Positions 40,724 to 53,648 of a stretch of 64,000 nucleotides of DNA are shown piece after piece. Source of the stretch: Azolla caroliniana (Eukaryota; Plantae; Polypodiophyta); contig JBHGNT010000005.1 of assembly GCA_043228905.1 (NCBI GenBank), forward strand, positions 3,844,001-3,908,000, written 5' to 3'. The first letter of the stretch is position 1. Every line of letters starts with the position of its first letter. The notes below the pieces were generated by a model that was not told the DNA's origin, did not search any database, and was given only the letters and a program-made list of their open reading frames with translations. A program made the translations under genes and the position numbers.

Positions 40724-43700
40724 TAGGGTTTTCCTTATTCATCTTCGATTAGGGTTCTCTCATAGTCATTTGGTGCGGCCCATGCGGCCACCATTGTTGC
40801 AATCATTTGTTTGTTTTAATATATCTTGTTGAGTATCTTACCTCCGCCGATCTCTCCTTCTATGTGGTGATCTTATTCTTTCTTCTTCTCCTCTTGAGCC
40901 AAGCTTCCAAACATATCTTATTCTTTCTCCTCTACTCCCTAGTCCAAGACCCCCGTGTAATAAGACCATACCTCAAACCCCATACCTCAAACCCCATGTA
41001 ATTTTTCATTTATAATGTTAATTACATGTTTTTAATTATGTTTCTCTCCCTCGCCCTCTCTTTTTTTCTTTTTCTTTTTTTTTCTTTTTTTTTTTATCGT
41101 GTTCTAATTATGTTTCTCTAGTTCGTAATAGCACCTCTCTCTTTCATTTTTATTAGTATGGTAATCCTCCTCCCTCCCCGTAACCCTTGTTTTAAATTTT
41201 AATTATGTTTTTCATCTCGTTTTTTAGTTTTAATCTTAGGTTTATTTATGTTTTAATCTCTCTCTCTCTCTCTTTAGTTTTAATCTTAGGTTTATTTATG
41301 TTTTAATCTCTCTCTCTCTCTCTCTCTCTTTGGTTTAATCTTAGGTTTATTTATGTTTTAATCTCTCTCTCTCTCTCTCTCTCTCTCTTTGGTTTAATCT
41401 TAGGTTTATTTATGTTTTAATCTCTCTCTCTCTCTCTCTCTCTTTATTTTAATTAGTATGTTAATCCCCCTCCCTTTAAGCCTATCTTTTAATTTCTTTC
41501 TAATTACCCCACCCTTTACTTTATTTTTAGGTTCATGTTTCTAGATTAAGATTTTATGTTTGTTAGTTTTCGGGTTATGTTTCTAATCGTAGTGTTTAAC
41601 CCCCCACCCCTCTTCCTTTTTGTTATTCCTAATCATGTCGGCTCCCTCTCCTTTCTTCTACCTCGTCTTCGATTCGGGTGCGCTCAAATTGAGCGTGGTG
41701 TTCCTCTTCGCCTACCTCTACACGCCGATGATCGAACATTCCGCACTCCTTGTTTCGACCGTAAGGTCCATAACCCTACAATAGGGTTTTCCTTATTCAT
41801 CTTCGGTTAGGGTTCTCTCATAGTCATTTGGTGCGGCCCATGCGGCCACCATTGTTGCAATCATTTGTTTGTTTTAATATATCTTGTTGAGTATCTTACC
41901 TCCGCCGATCTCTCCTTCTATGTGGTGATCTTATTCTTTCTTCTTCTCCTCTTGAGCCAAGCTTCCAAACATATCTTATTCTTTCTCCTCTACTCCCTAG
42001 TCCAAGACCCCCGTGTAATAAGACCATACCTCAAACCCCATACCTCAAACCCCATGTAATTTTTCATTTATAATGTTAATTACATGTTTTTAATTATGTT
42101 TCTCTCCCTCGCCCTCTCTTTTTTTCTTTTTCTTTTTTTTTCTTTTTTTTTTTATCGTGTTCTAATTATGTTTCTCTAGTTCGTAATAGCACCTCTCTCT
42201 TTCATTTTTATTAGTATGGTAATCCTCCTCCCTCCCCGTAACCCTTGTTTTAAATTTTAATTATGTTTTTCATCTCGTTTTTTAGTTTTAATCTTAGGTT
42301 TATTTATGTTTTAATCTCTCTCTCTCTCTCTTTAGTTTTAATCTTAGGTTTATTTATGTTTTAATCTCTCTCTCTCTCTCTCTCTCTTTGGTTTAATCTT
42401 AGGTTTATTTATGTTTTAATCTCTCTCTCTCTCTCTCTCTCTCTCTTTGGTTTAATCTTAGGTTTATTTATGTTTTAATCTCTCTCTCTCTCTCTCTCTC
42501 TTTATTTTAATTAGTATGTTAATCCCCCTCCCTTTAAGCCTATCTTTTAATTTCTTTCTAATTACCCCACCCTTTACTTTATTTTTAGGTTCATGTTTCT
42601 AGATTAAGATTTTATGTTTGTTAGTTTTCGGGTTATGTTTCTAATCGTAGTGTTTAACCCCCCACCCCTCTTCCTTTTTGTTATTCCTAATCATGTCGGC
42701 TCCCTCTCCTTTCTTCTACCTCGTCTTCGATTCGGGTGCGCTCAAATTGAGCGTGGTGTTCCTCTTCGCCTACCTCTACACGCCGATGATCGAACATTCC
42801 GCACTCCTTGTTTCGACCGTAAGGTCCATAACCCTACAATAGGGTTTTCCTTATTCATCTTCGGTTAGGGTTCTCTCATAGTCATTTGGTGCGGCCCATG
42901 CGGCCACCATTGTTGCAATCATTTGTTTGTTTTAATATATCTTGTTGAGTATCTTACCTCCGCCGATCTCTCCTTCTATGTGGTGATCTTATTCTTTCTT
43001 CTTCTCCTCTTGAGCCAAGCTTCCAAACATATCTTATTCTTTCTCCTCTACTCCCTAGTCCAAGACCCCCGTGTAATAAGACCATACCTCAAACCCCATA
43101 CCTCAAACCCCATGTAATTTTTCATTTATAATGTTAATTACATGTTTTTAATTATGTTTCTCTCCCTCGCCCTCTCTTTTTTTCTTTTTCTTTTTTTTTC
43201 TTTTTTTTTTTATCGTGTTCTAATTATGTTTCTCTAGTTCGTAATAGCACCTCTCTCTTTCATTTTTATTAGTATGGTAATCCTCCTCCCTCCCCGTAAC
43301 CCTTGTTTTAAATTTTAATTATGTTTTTCATCTCGTTTTTTAGTTTTAATCTTAGGTTTATTTATGTTTTAATCTCTCTCTCTCTCTCTTTAGTTTTAAT
43401 CTTAGGTTTATTTATGTTTTAATCTCTCTCTCTCTCTCTCTCTCTTTGGTTTAATCTTAGGTTTATTTATGTTTTAATCTCTCTCTCTCTCTCTCTCTCT
43501 CTCTTTGGTTTAATCTTAGGTTTATTTATGTTTTAATCTCTCTCTCTCTCTCTCTCTCTTTATTTTAATTAGTATGTTAATCCCCCTCCCTTTAAGCCTA
43601 TCTTTTAATTTCTTTCTAATTACCCCACCCTTTACTTTATTTTTAGGTTCATGTTTCTAGATTAAGATTTTATGTTTGTTAGTTTTCGGGTTATGTTTCT

Positions 43701-46700
43701 AATCGTAGTGTTTAACCCCCCACCCCTCTTCCTTTTTGTTATTCCTAATCATGTCGGCTCCCTCTCCTTTCTTCTACCTCGTCTTCGATTCGGGTGCGCT
43801 CAAATTGAGCGTGGTGTTCCTCTTCGCCTACCTCTACACGCCGATGATCGAACATTCCGCACTCCTTGTTTCGACCGTAAGGTCCATAACCCTACAATAG
43901 GGTTTTCCTTATTCATCTTCGGTTAGGGTTCTCTCATAGTCATTTGGTGCGGCCCATGCGGCCACCATTGTTGCAATCATTTGTTTGTTTTAATATATCT
44001 TGTTGAGTATCTTACCTCCGCCGATCTCTCCTTCTATGTGGTGATCTTATTCTTTCTTCTTCTCCTCTTGAGCCAAGCTTCCAAACATATCTTATTCTTT
44101 CTCCTCTACTCCCTAGTCCAAGACCCCCGTGTAATAAGACCATACCTCAAACCCCATACCTCAAACCCCATGTAATTTTTCATTTATAATGTTAATTACA
44201 TGTTTTTAATTATGTTTCTCTCCCTCGCCCTCTCTTTTTTTCTTTTTCTTTTTTTTTCTTTTTTTTTTATCGTGTTCTAATTATGTTTCTCTAGTTCGTA
44301 ATAGCACCTCTCTCTTTCATTTTTATTAGTATGGTAATCCTCCTCCCTCCCCGTAACCCTTGTTTTAAATTTTAATTATGTTTTTCATCTCGTTTTTTAG
44401 TTTTAATCTTAGGTTTATTTATGTTTTAATCTCTCTCTCTCTCTCTTTAGTTTTAATCTTAGGTTTATTTATGTTTTAATCTCTCTCTCTCTCTCTCTCT
44501 CTCTTTGGTTTAATCTTAGGTTTATTTATGTTTTAATCTCTCTCTCTCTCTCTCTCTCTCTCTTTGGTTTAATCTTAGGTTTATTTATGTTTTAATCTCT
44601 CTCTCTCTCTCTCTCTCTTTATTTTAATTAGTATGTTAATCCCCCTCCCTTTAAGCCTATCTTTTAATTTCTTTCTAATTACCCCACCCTTTACTTTATT
44701 TTTAGGTTCATGTTTCTAGATTAAGATTTTATGTTTGTTAGTTTTCGGGTTATGTTTCTAATCGTAGTGTTTAACCCCCCACCCCTCTTCCTTTTTGTTA
44801 TTCCTAATCATGTCGGCTCCCTCTCCTTTCTTCTACCTCGTCTTCGATTCGGGTGCGCTCAAATTGAGCGTGGTGTTCCTCTTCGCCTACCTCTACACGC
44901 CGATGATCGAACATTCCGCACTCCTTGTTTCGACCGTAAGGTCCATAACCCTACAATAGGGTTTTCCTTATTCATCTTCGGTTAGGGTTCTCTCATAGTC
45001 ATTTGGTGCGGCCCATGCGGCCACCATTGTTGCAATCATTTGTTTGTTTTAATATATCTTGTTGAGTATCTTACCTCCGCCGATCTCTCCTTCTATGTGG
45101 TGATCTTATTCTTTCTTCTTCTCCTCTTGAGCCAAGCTTCCAAACATATCTTATTCTTTCTCCTCTACTCCCTAGTCCAAGACCCCCGTGTAATAAGACC
45201 ATACCTCAAACCCCATACCTCAAACCCCATGTAATTTTTCATTTATAATGTTAATTACATGTTTTTAATTATGTTTCTCTCCCTCGCCCTCTCTTTTTTT
45301 CTTTTTCTTTTTTTTTCTTTTTTTTTTATCGTGTTCTAATTATGTTTCTCTAGTTCGTAATAGCACCTCTCTCTTTCATTTTTATTAGTATGGTAATCCT
45401 CCTCCCTCCCCGTAACCCTTGTTTTAAATTTTAATTATGTTTTTCATCTCGTTTTTTAGTTTTAATCTTAGGTTTATTTATGTTTTAATCTCTCTCTCTC
45501 TCTCTTTAGTTTTAATCTTAGGTTTATTTATGTTTTAATCTCTCTCTCTCTCTCTCTCTCTCTTTGGTTTAATCTTAGGTTTATTTATGTTTTAATCTCT
45601 CTCTCTCTCTCTCTCTCTCTCTTTGGTTTAATCTTAGGTTTATTTATGTTTTAATCTCTCTCTCTCTCTCTCTCTCTTTATTTTAATTAGTATGTTAATC
45701 CCCCTCCCTTTAAGCCTATCTTTTAATTTCTTTCTAATTACCCCACCCTTTACTTTATTTTTAGGTTCATGTTTCTAGATTAAGATTTTATGTTTGTTAG
45801 TTTTCGGGTTATGTTTCTAATCGTAGTGTTTAACCCCCCACCCCTCTTCCTTTTTGTTATTCCTAATCATGTCGGCTCCCTCTCCTTTCTTCTACCTCGT
45901 CTTCGATTCGGGTGCGCTCAAATTGAGCGTGGTGTTCCTCTTCGCCTACCTCTACACGCCGATGATCGAACATTCCGCACTCCTTGTTTCGACCGTAAGG
46001 TCCATAACCCTACAATAGGGTTTTCCTTATTCATCTTCGGTTAGGGTTCTCTCATAGTCATTTGGTGCGGCCCATGCGGCCACCATTGTTGCAATCATTT
46101 GTTTGTTTTAATATATCTTGTTGAGTATCTTACCTCCGCCGATCTCTCCTTCTATGTGGTGATCTTATTCTTTCTTCTTCTCCTCTTGAGCCAAGCTTCC
46201 AAACATATCTTATTCTTTCTCCTCTACTCCCTAGTCCAAGACCCCCGTGTAATAAGACCATACCTCAAACCCCATACCTCAAACCCCATGTAATTTTTCA
46301 TTTATAATGTTAATTACATGTTTTTAATTATGTTTCTCTCCCTCGCCCTCTCTTTTTTTCTTTTTCTTTTTTTTTCTTTTTTTTTTTATCGTGTTCTAAT
46401 TATGTTTCTCTAGTTCGTAATAGCACCTCTCTCTTTCATTTTTATTAGTATGGTAATCCTCCTCCCTCCCCGTAACCCTTGTTTTAAATTTTAATTATGT
46501 TTTTCATCTCGTTTTTTAGTTTTAATCTTAGGTTTATTTATGTTTTAATCTCTCTCTCTCTCTCTTTAGTTTTAATCTTAGGTTTATTTATGTTTTAATC
46601 TCTCTCTCTCTCTCTCTCTCTCTTTGGTTTAATCTTAGGTTTATTTATGTTTTAATCTCTCTCTCTCTCTCTCTCTCTCTCTTTGGTTTAATCTTAGGTT

Positions 46701-49427
46701 TATTTATGTTTTAATCTCTCTCTCTCTCTCTCTCTCTTTATTTTAATTAGTATGTTAATCCCCCTCCCTTTAAGCCTATCTTTTAATTTCTTTCTAATTA
46801 CCCCACCCTTTACTTTATTTTTAGGTTCATGTTTCTAGATTAAGATTTTATGTTTGTTAGTTTTCGGGTTATGTTTCTAATCGTAGTGTTTAACCCCCCA
46901 CCCCTCTTCCTTTTTGTTATTCCTAATCATGTCGGCTCCCTCTCCTTTCTTCTACCTCGTCTTCGATTCGGGTGCGCTCAAATTGAGCGTGGTGTTCCTC
47001 TTCGCCTACCTCTACACGCCGATGATCGAACATTCCGCACTCCTTGTTTCGACCGTAAGGTCCATAACCCTACAATAGGGTTTTCCTTATTCATCTTCGG
47101 TTAGGGTTCTCTCATAGTCATTTGGTGCGGCCCATGCGGCCACCATTGTTGCAATCATTTGTTTGTTTTAATATATCTTGTTGAGTATCTTACCTCCGCC
47201 GATCTCTCCTTCTATGTGGTGATCTTATTCTTTCTTCTTCTCCTCTTGAGCCAAGCTTCCAAACATATCTTATTCTTTCTCCTCTACTCCCTAGTCCAAG
47301 ACCCCCGTGTAATAAGACCATACCTCAAACCCCATACCTCAAACCCCATGTAATTTTTCATTTATAATGTTAATTACATGTTTTTAATTATGTTTCTCTC
47401 CCTCGCCCTCTCTTTTTTTCTTTTTCTTTTTTTTTCTTTTTTTTTTTATCGTGTTCTAATTATGTTTCTCTAGTTCGTAATAGCACCTCTCTCTTTCATT
47501 TTTATTAGTATGGTAATCCTCCTCCCTCCCCGTAACCCTTGTTTTAAATTTTAATTATGTTTTTCATCTCGTTTTTTAGTTTTAATCTTAGGTTTATTTA
47601 TGTTTTAATCTCTCTCTCTCTCTCTTTAGTTTTAATCTTAGGTTTATTTATGTTTTAATCTCTCTCTCTCTCTCTCTCTCTCTTTGGTTTAATCTTAGGT
47701 TTATTTATGTTTTAATCTCTCTCTCTCTCTCTCTCTCTCTCTTTGGTTTAATCTTAGGTTTATTTATGTTTTAATCTCTCTCTCTCTCTCTCTCTCTTTA
47801 TTTTAATTAGTATGTTAATCCCCCTCCCTTTAAGCCTATCTTTTAATTTCTTTCTAATTACCCCACCCTTTACTTTATTTTTAGGTTCATGTTTCTAGAT
47901 TAAGATTTTATGTTTGTTAGTTTTCGGGTTATGTTTCTAATCGTAGTGTTTAACCCCCCACCCCTCTTCCTTTTTGTTATTCCTAATCATGTCGGCTCCC
48001 TCTCCTTTCTTCTACCTCGTCTTCGATTCGGGTGCGCTCAAATTGAGCGTGGTGTTCCTCTTCGCCTACCTCTACACGCCGATGATCGAACATTCCGCAC
48101 TCCTTGTTTCGACCGTAAGGTCCATAACCCTACAATAGGGTTTTCCTTATTCATCTTCGGTTAGGGTTCTCTCATAGTCATTTGGTGCGGCCCATGCGGC
48201 CACCATTGTTGCAATCATTTGTTTGTTTTAATATATCTTGTTGAGTATCTTACCTCCGCCGATCTCTCCTTCTATGTGGTGATCTTATTCTTTCTTCTTC
48301 TCCTCTTGAGCCAAGCTTCCAAACATATCTTATTCTTTCTCCTCTACTCCCTAGTCCAAGACCCCCGTGTAATAAGACCATACCTCAAACCCCATACCTC
48401 AAACCCCATGTAATTTTTCATTTATAATGTTAATTACATGTTTTTAATTATGTTTCTCTCCCTCGCCCTCTCTTTTTTTCTTTTTCTTTTTTTTTCTTTT
48501 TTTTTTTATCGTGTTCTAATTATGTTTCTCTAGTTCGTAATAGCACCTCTCTCTTTCATTTTTATTAGTATGGTAATCCTCCTCCCTCCCCGTAACCCTT
48601 GTTTTAAATTTTAATTATGTTTTTCATCTCGTTTTTTAGTTTTAATCTTAGGTTTATTTATGTTTTAATCTCTCTCTCTCTCTCTTTAGTTTTAATCTTA
48701 GGTTTATTTATGTTTTAATCTCTCTCTCTCTCTCTCTCTCTCTTTGGTTTAATCTTAGGTTTATTTATGTTTTAATCTCTCTCTCTCTCTCTCTCTCTCT
48801 CTTTGGTTTAATCTTAGGTTTATTTATGTTTTAATCTCTCTCTCTCTCTCTCTCTCTTTATTTTAATTAGTATGTTAATCCCCCTCCCTTTAAGCCTATC
48901 TTTTAATTTCTTTCTAATTACCCCACCCTTTACTTTATTTTTAGGTTCATGTTTCTAGATTAAGATTTTATGTTTGTTAGTTTTCGGGTTATGTTTCTAA
49001 TCGTAGTGTTTAACCCCCCACCCCTCTTCCTTTTTGTTATTCCTAATCATGTCGGCTCCCTCTCCTTTCTTCTACCTCGTCTTCGATTCGGGTGCGCTCA
49101 AATTGAGCGTGGTGTTCCTCTTCGCCTACCTCTACACGCCGATGATCGAACATTCCGCACTCCTTGTTTCGACCGTAAGGTCCATAACCCTACAATAGGG
49201 TTTTCCTTATTCATCTTCGGTTAGGGTTCTCTCATAGTCATTTGGTGCGGCCCATGCGGCCACCATTGTTGCAATCATTTGTTTGTTTTAATATATCTTG
49301 TTGAGTATCTTACCTCCGCCGATCTCTCCTTCTATGTGGTGATCTTATTCTTTCTTCTTCTCCTCTTGAGCCAAGCTTCCAAACATATCTTATTCTTTCT
49401 CCTCTACTCCCTAGTCCAAGACCCTCG
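40724..49427 (+). repeat. Tandem array of 8 near-identical 1058-1060-bp units plus one extra 233-bp segment
   Basis: Marker ORF starts at 40807, 41865, 42923, 43981, 45040, 46099, 47159, 48219 and 49279. Each unit is a 233-bp X1 LTR segment plus an 825-bp segment (40956-41780, TGTAA...CTACA) containing four TTTAATCTTAGGTTTATTTATGTTTTAA(TC)n subrepeats. Confidence 0.97.
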
Positions 49428-49473
49428 TGGTCCCGCCCCTTCTACACGCACGCGCGTAACAACGCAACATCTT

Positions 49474-49491
49474 TGGTGAACCCGACATGAA
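49474..49491 (+). promoter_or_regulatory. Primer-binding site complementary to tRNA-Trp
   Basis: TGGTGAACCCGACATGAA lies 4 nt after the LTR end and differs by one base from the complement of the plant tRNA-Trp 3' end as I recall it (TGGTGAACCCGACGTGAA). Confidence 0.8.
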
Positions 49492-49506
49492 GGGAGGCAA
49501 GGGAGC

Positions 49507-49926
49507 ATGGAGATGGAAGAAGACTTGGACTTCGAGGAGATGATGGCAAAGATCGTGATGGAAGCCGGACGGAAGATTGCGAAGCGAGATGTGGCTGAAC
49601 AAGCCGTCGAAAGGGTGGTCGATCAAGTCAGCCGGTTCAATGGAAATGAGGTTCCAAAATTTTTGGGAGCCTACAAGGCCGAGATGGCGAAAGGGGGCGT
49701 GGACGAGGCGATGCGGCTAGAGTATTTTCCTCGAGTGGCGGTCGTATCGGTTCACAAGGAGGTCAAGGAGCTACGAGAAGCTCACGAGTCATGGGAGTCC
49801 TTTGAGGGAGCTCTATTGGACGCATACGAATACGCAAAACCGGAGTGGGTATGCCGGCAACCCGATGGGGAGCGATCGACAACAACGTGGCCCACGAGCG
49901 ACGAAGAAGAGAGGGCAAGGCAGTGA
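49507..49926 (+). CDS. Gag-like ORF of family X copy X1 (frameshifted near its end)
   Basis: Starts just after the PBS. VSRFNGNEVPKFLGAYKAEM...MRLEYFPRV...EVKELREAHESWESFEGALLDAY is homologous to 25168-25707. Confidence 0.7.
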   Translation: MEMEEDLDFEEMMAKIVMEAGRKIAKRDVAEQAVERVVDQVSRFNGNEVPKFLGAYKAEMAKGGVDEAMRLEYFPRVAVVSVHKEVKELREAHESWESFEGALLDAYEYAKPEWVCRQPDGERSTTTWPTSDEEERARQ

Positions 49927-50998
49927 GCGGCTACGCACTACCGTCAGAAGAGAGCTCGACGCGCGATCAACCAGAGGAGTACGACCTAGAGGCGTTGGTA
50001 TGGGAGGCGTGCGAGAGCGTGAAGGTGAAGTTCGAAGCTAAAGAAGGGCTTATTATGGAGTCGAGCCGGAGGCGATCGGAGGATGCGGAGGAAGAAGCCT
50101 CCCTAAGCGTAGAAGACGGGGCCTATACAGAGGCCGGAAGAGCGTACGACGGCGACATGGGAGAGGGTGCGGAGCAAGTGGGAGAGGGTGCGGAGCAAGT
50201 GAACCTCTTGCCTTGCGGTGGAGGGACGGCCAAGAAGGCCGGTAACTACGGATTCAGGACACGATGGCCCAAAACATCGAGCGAGGAGGAGACAAGCGGT
50301 GGTGCCAGGACCTTACCCACACCGATTCTAGAGACTCCGACATTCGGTCTGAGAGCCGGTGTGAGACCTAGAGTGATGAACGGTGGCATCTGCTATGTGG
50401 GCAACTAAGACGACGACATGGAAGAGACGGCGGCAAGAGTAATCGAGGCTTGTGCGGACGGAGGCGGCTACAGACACAACGAGCGGTGGTGTCGGGTCCT
50501 TACCCACACCAGTCCTAGAGGCTCTGGCGATCAACCCGAGTGCCAGCGTGAGTCCTAGAGCGGTGGGCGGTAGCGGCGGCAAGGTGGGCAACCGAGACGA
50601 CGATGAGGACGAGGAGGTAGCAAGCATAACCGAGGCTTGCGTAACCGGGGACGAGATAGCCACGGACCACGACGCCCGAACGAAGGTGGCTACAAATATG
50701 ACATCGGCGAGTGATGGTACCGAGACTTTTCCCACACCTATTCTAGAGACTTCGACGGTCGGCCCCGAGAGCCCACGTGAGACTAGAGGGACGGAAGGTG
50801 GCGGCGGCAAAGCGGACGATCGAAACGACGATGAGGAAGGTCATAGCAGATGGAGGAGAGACCCCTCGACGCCGGAACTGGAGACTACGGCGGTTGCGCT
50901 CGAATGCCAACATAAGACCGGAGAGAAGGGCGGGGGCCGTGAGGAGGCATGCCCCGGAGCGAACACGTACGAAGATGAGGATGCGAGGCCCGGAACGG

Positions 50999-52833
50999 TG
51001 TCGCGAAGTTACGAGCATGCGTGTAGAAGGGGCGGGACCACGGGGGTCTCGGACTAGGGACTAGAGGAGAAAGAATAAGATATGTTTGGAAGCTTAGCTC
51101 AAGAGGAGAAGAAGAAAGAATAAGATCATGACATAGGAGGAGAGACCGATGGAGGTAAGATACTCAACAAGATTTATTAAAACAAACAAATGATTACAAC
51201 AATGGTGGCCGCATGGGCCGCACCAAACGACTATGAGAAAACCCTAACCGAAGATGAATAACGAAACCCTAAACGAAACCCTAACCCTAAAACAGTAAGA
51301 ACTCTAGACTAAGTGATATACCTCTCATACACAAAATAGGCAACCCTTCATAAGTGACCCCTCCCTTCTGTCAAGATTCGAACTCTTGACACGACCATGT
51401 TATAATCTACTATTATGAGTTAACCAAGATATCTAGTACTAGTTATGTATGTAATTGGTCCTTATTATTTTGCTAGCATCATGTGCATAGTTGCTCCCTT
51501 GTAGTATTTACACTTGGCACATGCATGCATACCTACATGCTCTATTGTAGATTCACATGCGTGCAACAAGTGTGCATGCCATGTAGTATAAATAGAGGAG
51601 TTCACCTTGAAGGAATTCAAGGTGAACAACACCAGTTATGGAGTCTTTCCTTTAGTACTATCTTCTTTCTTGTCCATTTGGTTATCTTCTTGGTTGTCAC
51701 GGATCAATCATGATGTACTTCTTCCAAAATGCGGGCACGATCCTCCGCCGAAGGGTTCACGGAAGTGGTAGGAAGGGAAATGTTGAAGCGAGGATGTAAA
51801 CCATAGTTGGCAAAGAAGGGAGTGACGCCATCGATCTTCCACTCCACACTTTGTCGTTGGAGACATGGTCTGGTTGTTACGTCGACACATCTCTACTACT
51901 CGTCCATGTGCGAAACTTGATTACAAGAAGTTGGGACCATTCCGTATCATCGAGTGCATCAATCCTGTCGCCTTCCGGCTCGCCCTTCCATCCCACTTCC
52001 GGATTCACGATGTTTTTCATGTCTCCCTCCTCGAACCCCATTATGCTTCACAACTCCCAGGACGTCAAGCCCCACCACCACCACCTGTGCAGTTGACGAC
52101 AGGGGAGGAATACGAGGTCGACCAAATCCTTGACTCGCGTTGGCACCGTCGACACTTGCAATACCTCGTCCTATGGAGGGGTTACCCCATGTCTGAGGCC
52201 ACATGGGAACCATCGGCAAATTTACAAAATGCCCCAGAGGTCGTCCAAGATTTTCATCACCGATATCCCCACAAACCAGCGGCCGATTTGGGAAGGCGGC
52301 GTAAGAGGGGGGATAATGTCAAGATTCGAACTCTTGACACGACCATGTTATAATCTACTATTATGAGTTAACCAAGATATCTAGTACTAGTTATGTATGT
52401 AATTGGTCCTTATTATTTTGCTAGCATCATGTGCATAGTTGCTCCCTTGTAGTATTTACACTTGGCACATGCATGCATACCTACATGCTCTATTGTAGAT
52501 TCACATGCGTGCAACAAGTGTGCATGCCATGTAGTATAAATAGAGGAGTTCACCTTGAAGGAATTCAAGGTGAACAACACCAGTTATGGAGTCTTTCCTT
52601 TAGTACTATCTTCTTTCTTGTCCATTTGGTTATCTTCTTGGTTGTCTCTTGAGTTTATGATCCGTGACACCTTCCTTTTATAGCCCAAGGAGGGAGGGAC
52701 CTTACAATGTGGGACAAAATTTCCACCTCTTATTTCTATACACCATTTCCTAGTACACGTGTGCACATGTTGCACACCATCGACTTGCCCTTTCTACCTT
52801 GGTTTCCGCCTATGGACGAAAATCTTCACGACA
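50999..52833 (-). mobile_element. Solo LTR of the X1 subfamily in inverted orientation, interrupted by a mini-chromovirus
   Basis: Reverse complement of the X1 LTR, from TGTCGCG at 50999 to CTTCACGACA at 52833, with TSD ACGG at 50995-50998 and 52834-52837. Confidence 0.9.
51369..52669 (+). mobile_element. Internally deleted chromovirus (mini LTR element retaining the IN C-terminus and chromodomain)
   Basis: TSD CCTTC. LTRs at 51369-51698 (3' end lost) and 52317-52669 appear identical where shared. ORF 51865-52353 reads KLDYKKLGPFRI...IHDVFHVSLL..GEEYEVDQILDSR...YLVLWRGYPMSEATWEP. PPT AAGAGGGGGGATAA. Confidence 0.92.
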
Positions 52834-52951
52834 ACGGGCATGTACAAGAGGACCGACGGAGAGATCGGGAGCGGCAAAGAGGAGAGAGTCGGGAACCGAC
52901 CTGACCGGAAGATGAACCGGTCGATAATCCGACACGACCGAAAGATGACGT

Positions 52952-53510
52952 TGTCGTGAAGAAAACCGGCCATAAGCGGAATCGGAGAGAAAGCGCATAA
53001 ACCGGCTCTTACACGGATGGACGCGTGACTTGATATTTTGTACACGGATCGGTGGATGTAAATACTAAGCAACACACATTTATTAGGGGATTGTTCATAT
53101 CTTTGTCAAGGGGGGGGACAGGGAATAAAGCGAATTGACAGGAGGATGGGGATAAAAAGGAGAAGAGAAAGGGGAGAAAGGGGTATCGCGCACTAGGGAG
53201 GACGAACTGCTACTGCAGATCTGAGTGTCGAGCTCTCTCTTCTCCTTCGGTTGTTGGTCTCTGTGGGTCGGGAGTTCGCCGCCTCTGCTTCGTGGACAGC
53301 CCGTGCGCTTCCAGCAGAGGCTCTTCCCCTTTGTTTTGTTTCTGGGAGTCGAGCGAGTGTTGTCTATGTGTGTGAGTAGGATCCCTGTGTCGGGTCCATC
53401 GCCGCCTTGTCGGTTGTAACCGTCAGAGTTGTATTCTCTTGTTATTGTAATCTCTTGTTACTGAAATCAAGTGTTACGTTCCATATCTCGCCTTCTCGCT
53501 CCGCGTATCT

Positions 53511-53590
<80 letters not shown>

Positions 53591-53648
53591 GGTTCAAGAC
53601 CCCCATGGTCCCGCCCCTTTCTACACGCACGTGCGTAACAACGCGACA
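52952..53648 (+). mobile_element. Solo LTR, family X, subfamily X3
   Basis: TGTCGTGAAG...CGTAACAACGCGACA, 697 bp, containing a long (CT)n. Flanks are ACGT and ACGC (one mismatch). Confidence 0.85.

Noticed and set aside
40702-40731. TTAGGG/TTTAGGG repeats as interstitial telomere
   Set aside because: Only three motifs, present at the same place in every X1 LTR (also near 51265 and 55501). They are telo-box-like LTR motifs.
40807-49479. Nine 64-66-aa and eight 84-aa repeated ORFs as a tandem gene cluster or CRISPR-like array
   Set aside because: They are incidental frames in T-rich LTR-derived satellite units. The spacers are identical rather than variable, and there are no cas genes.
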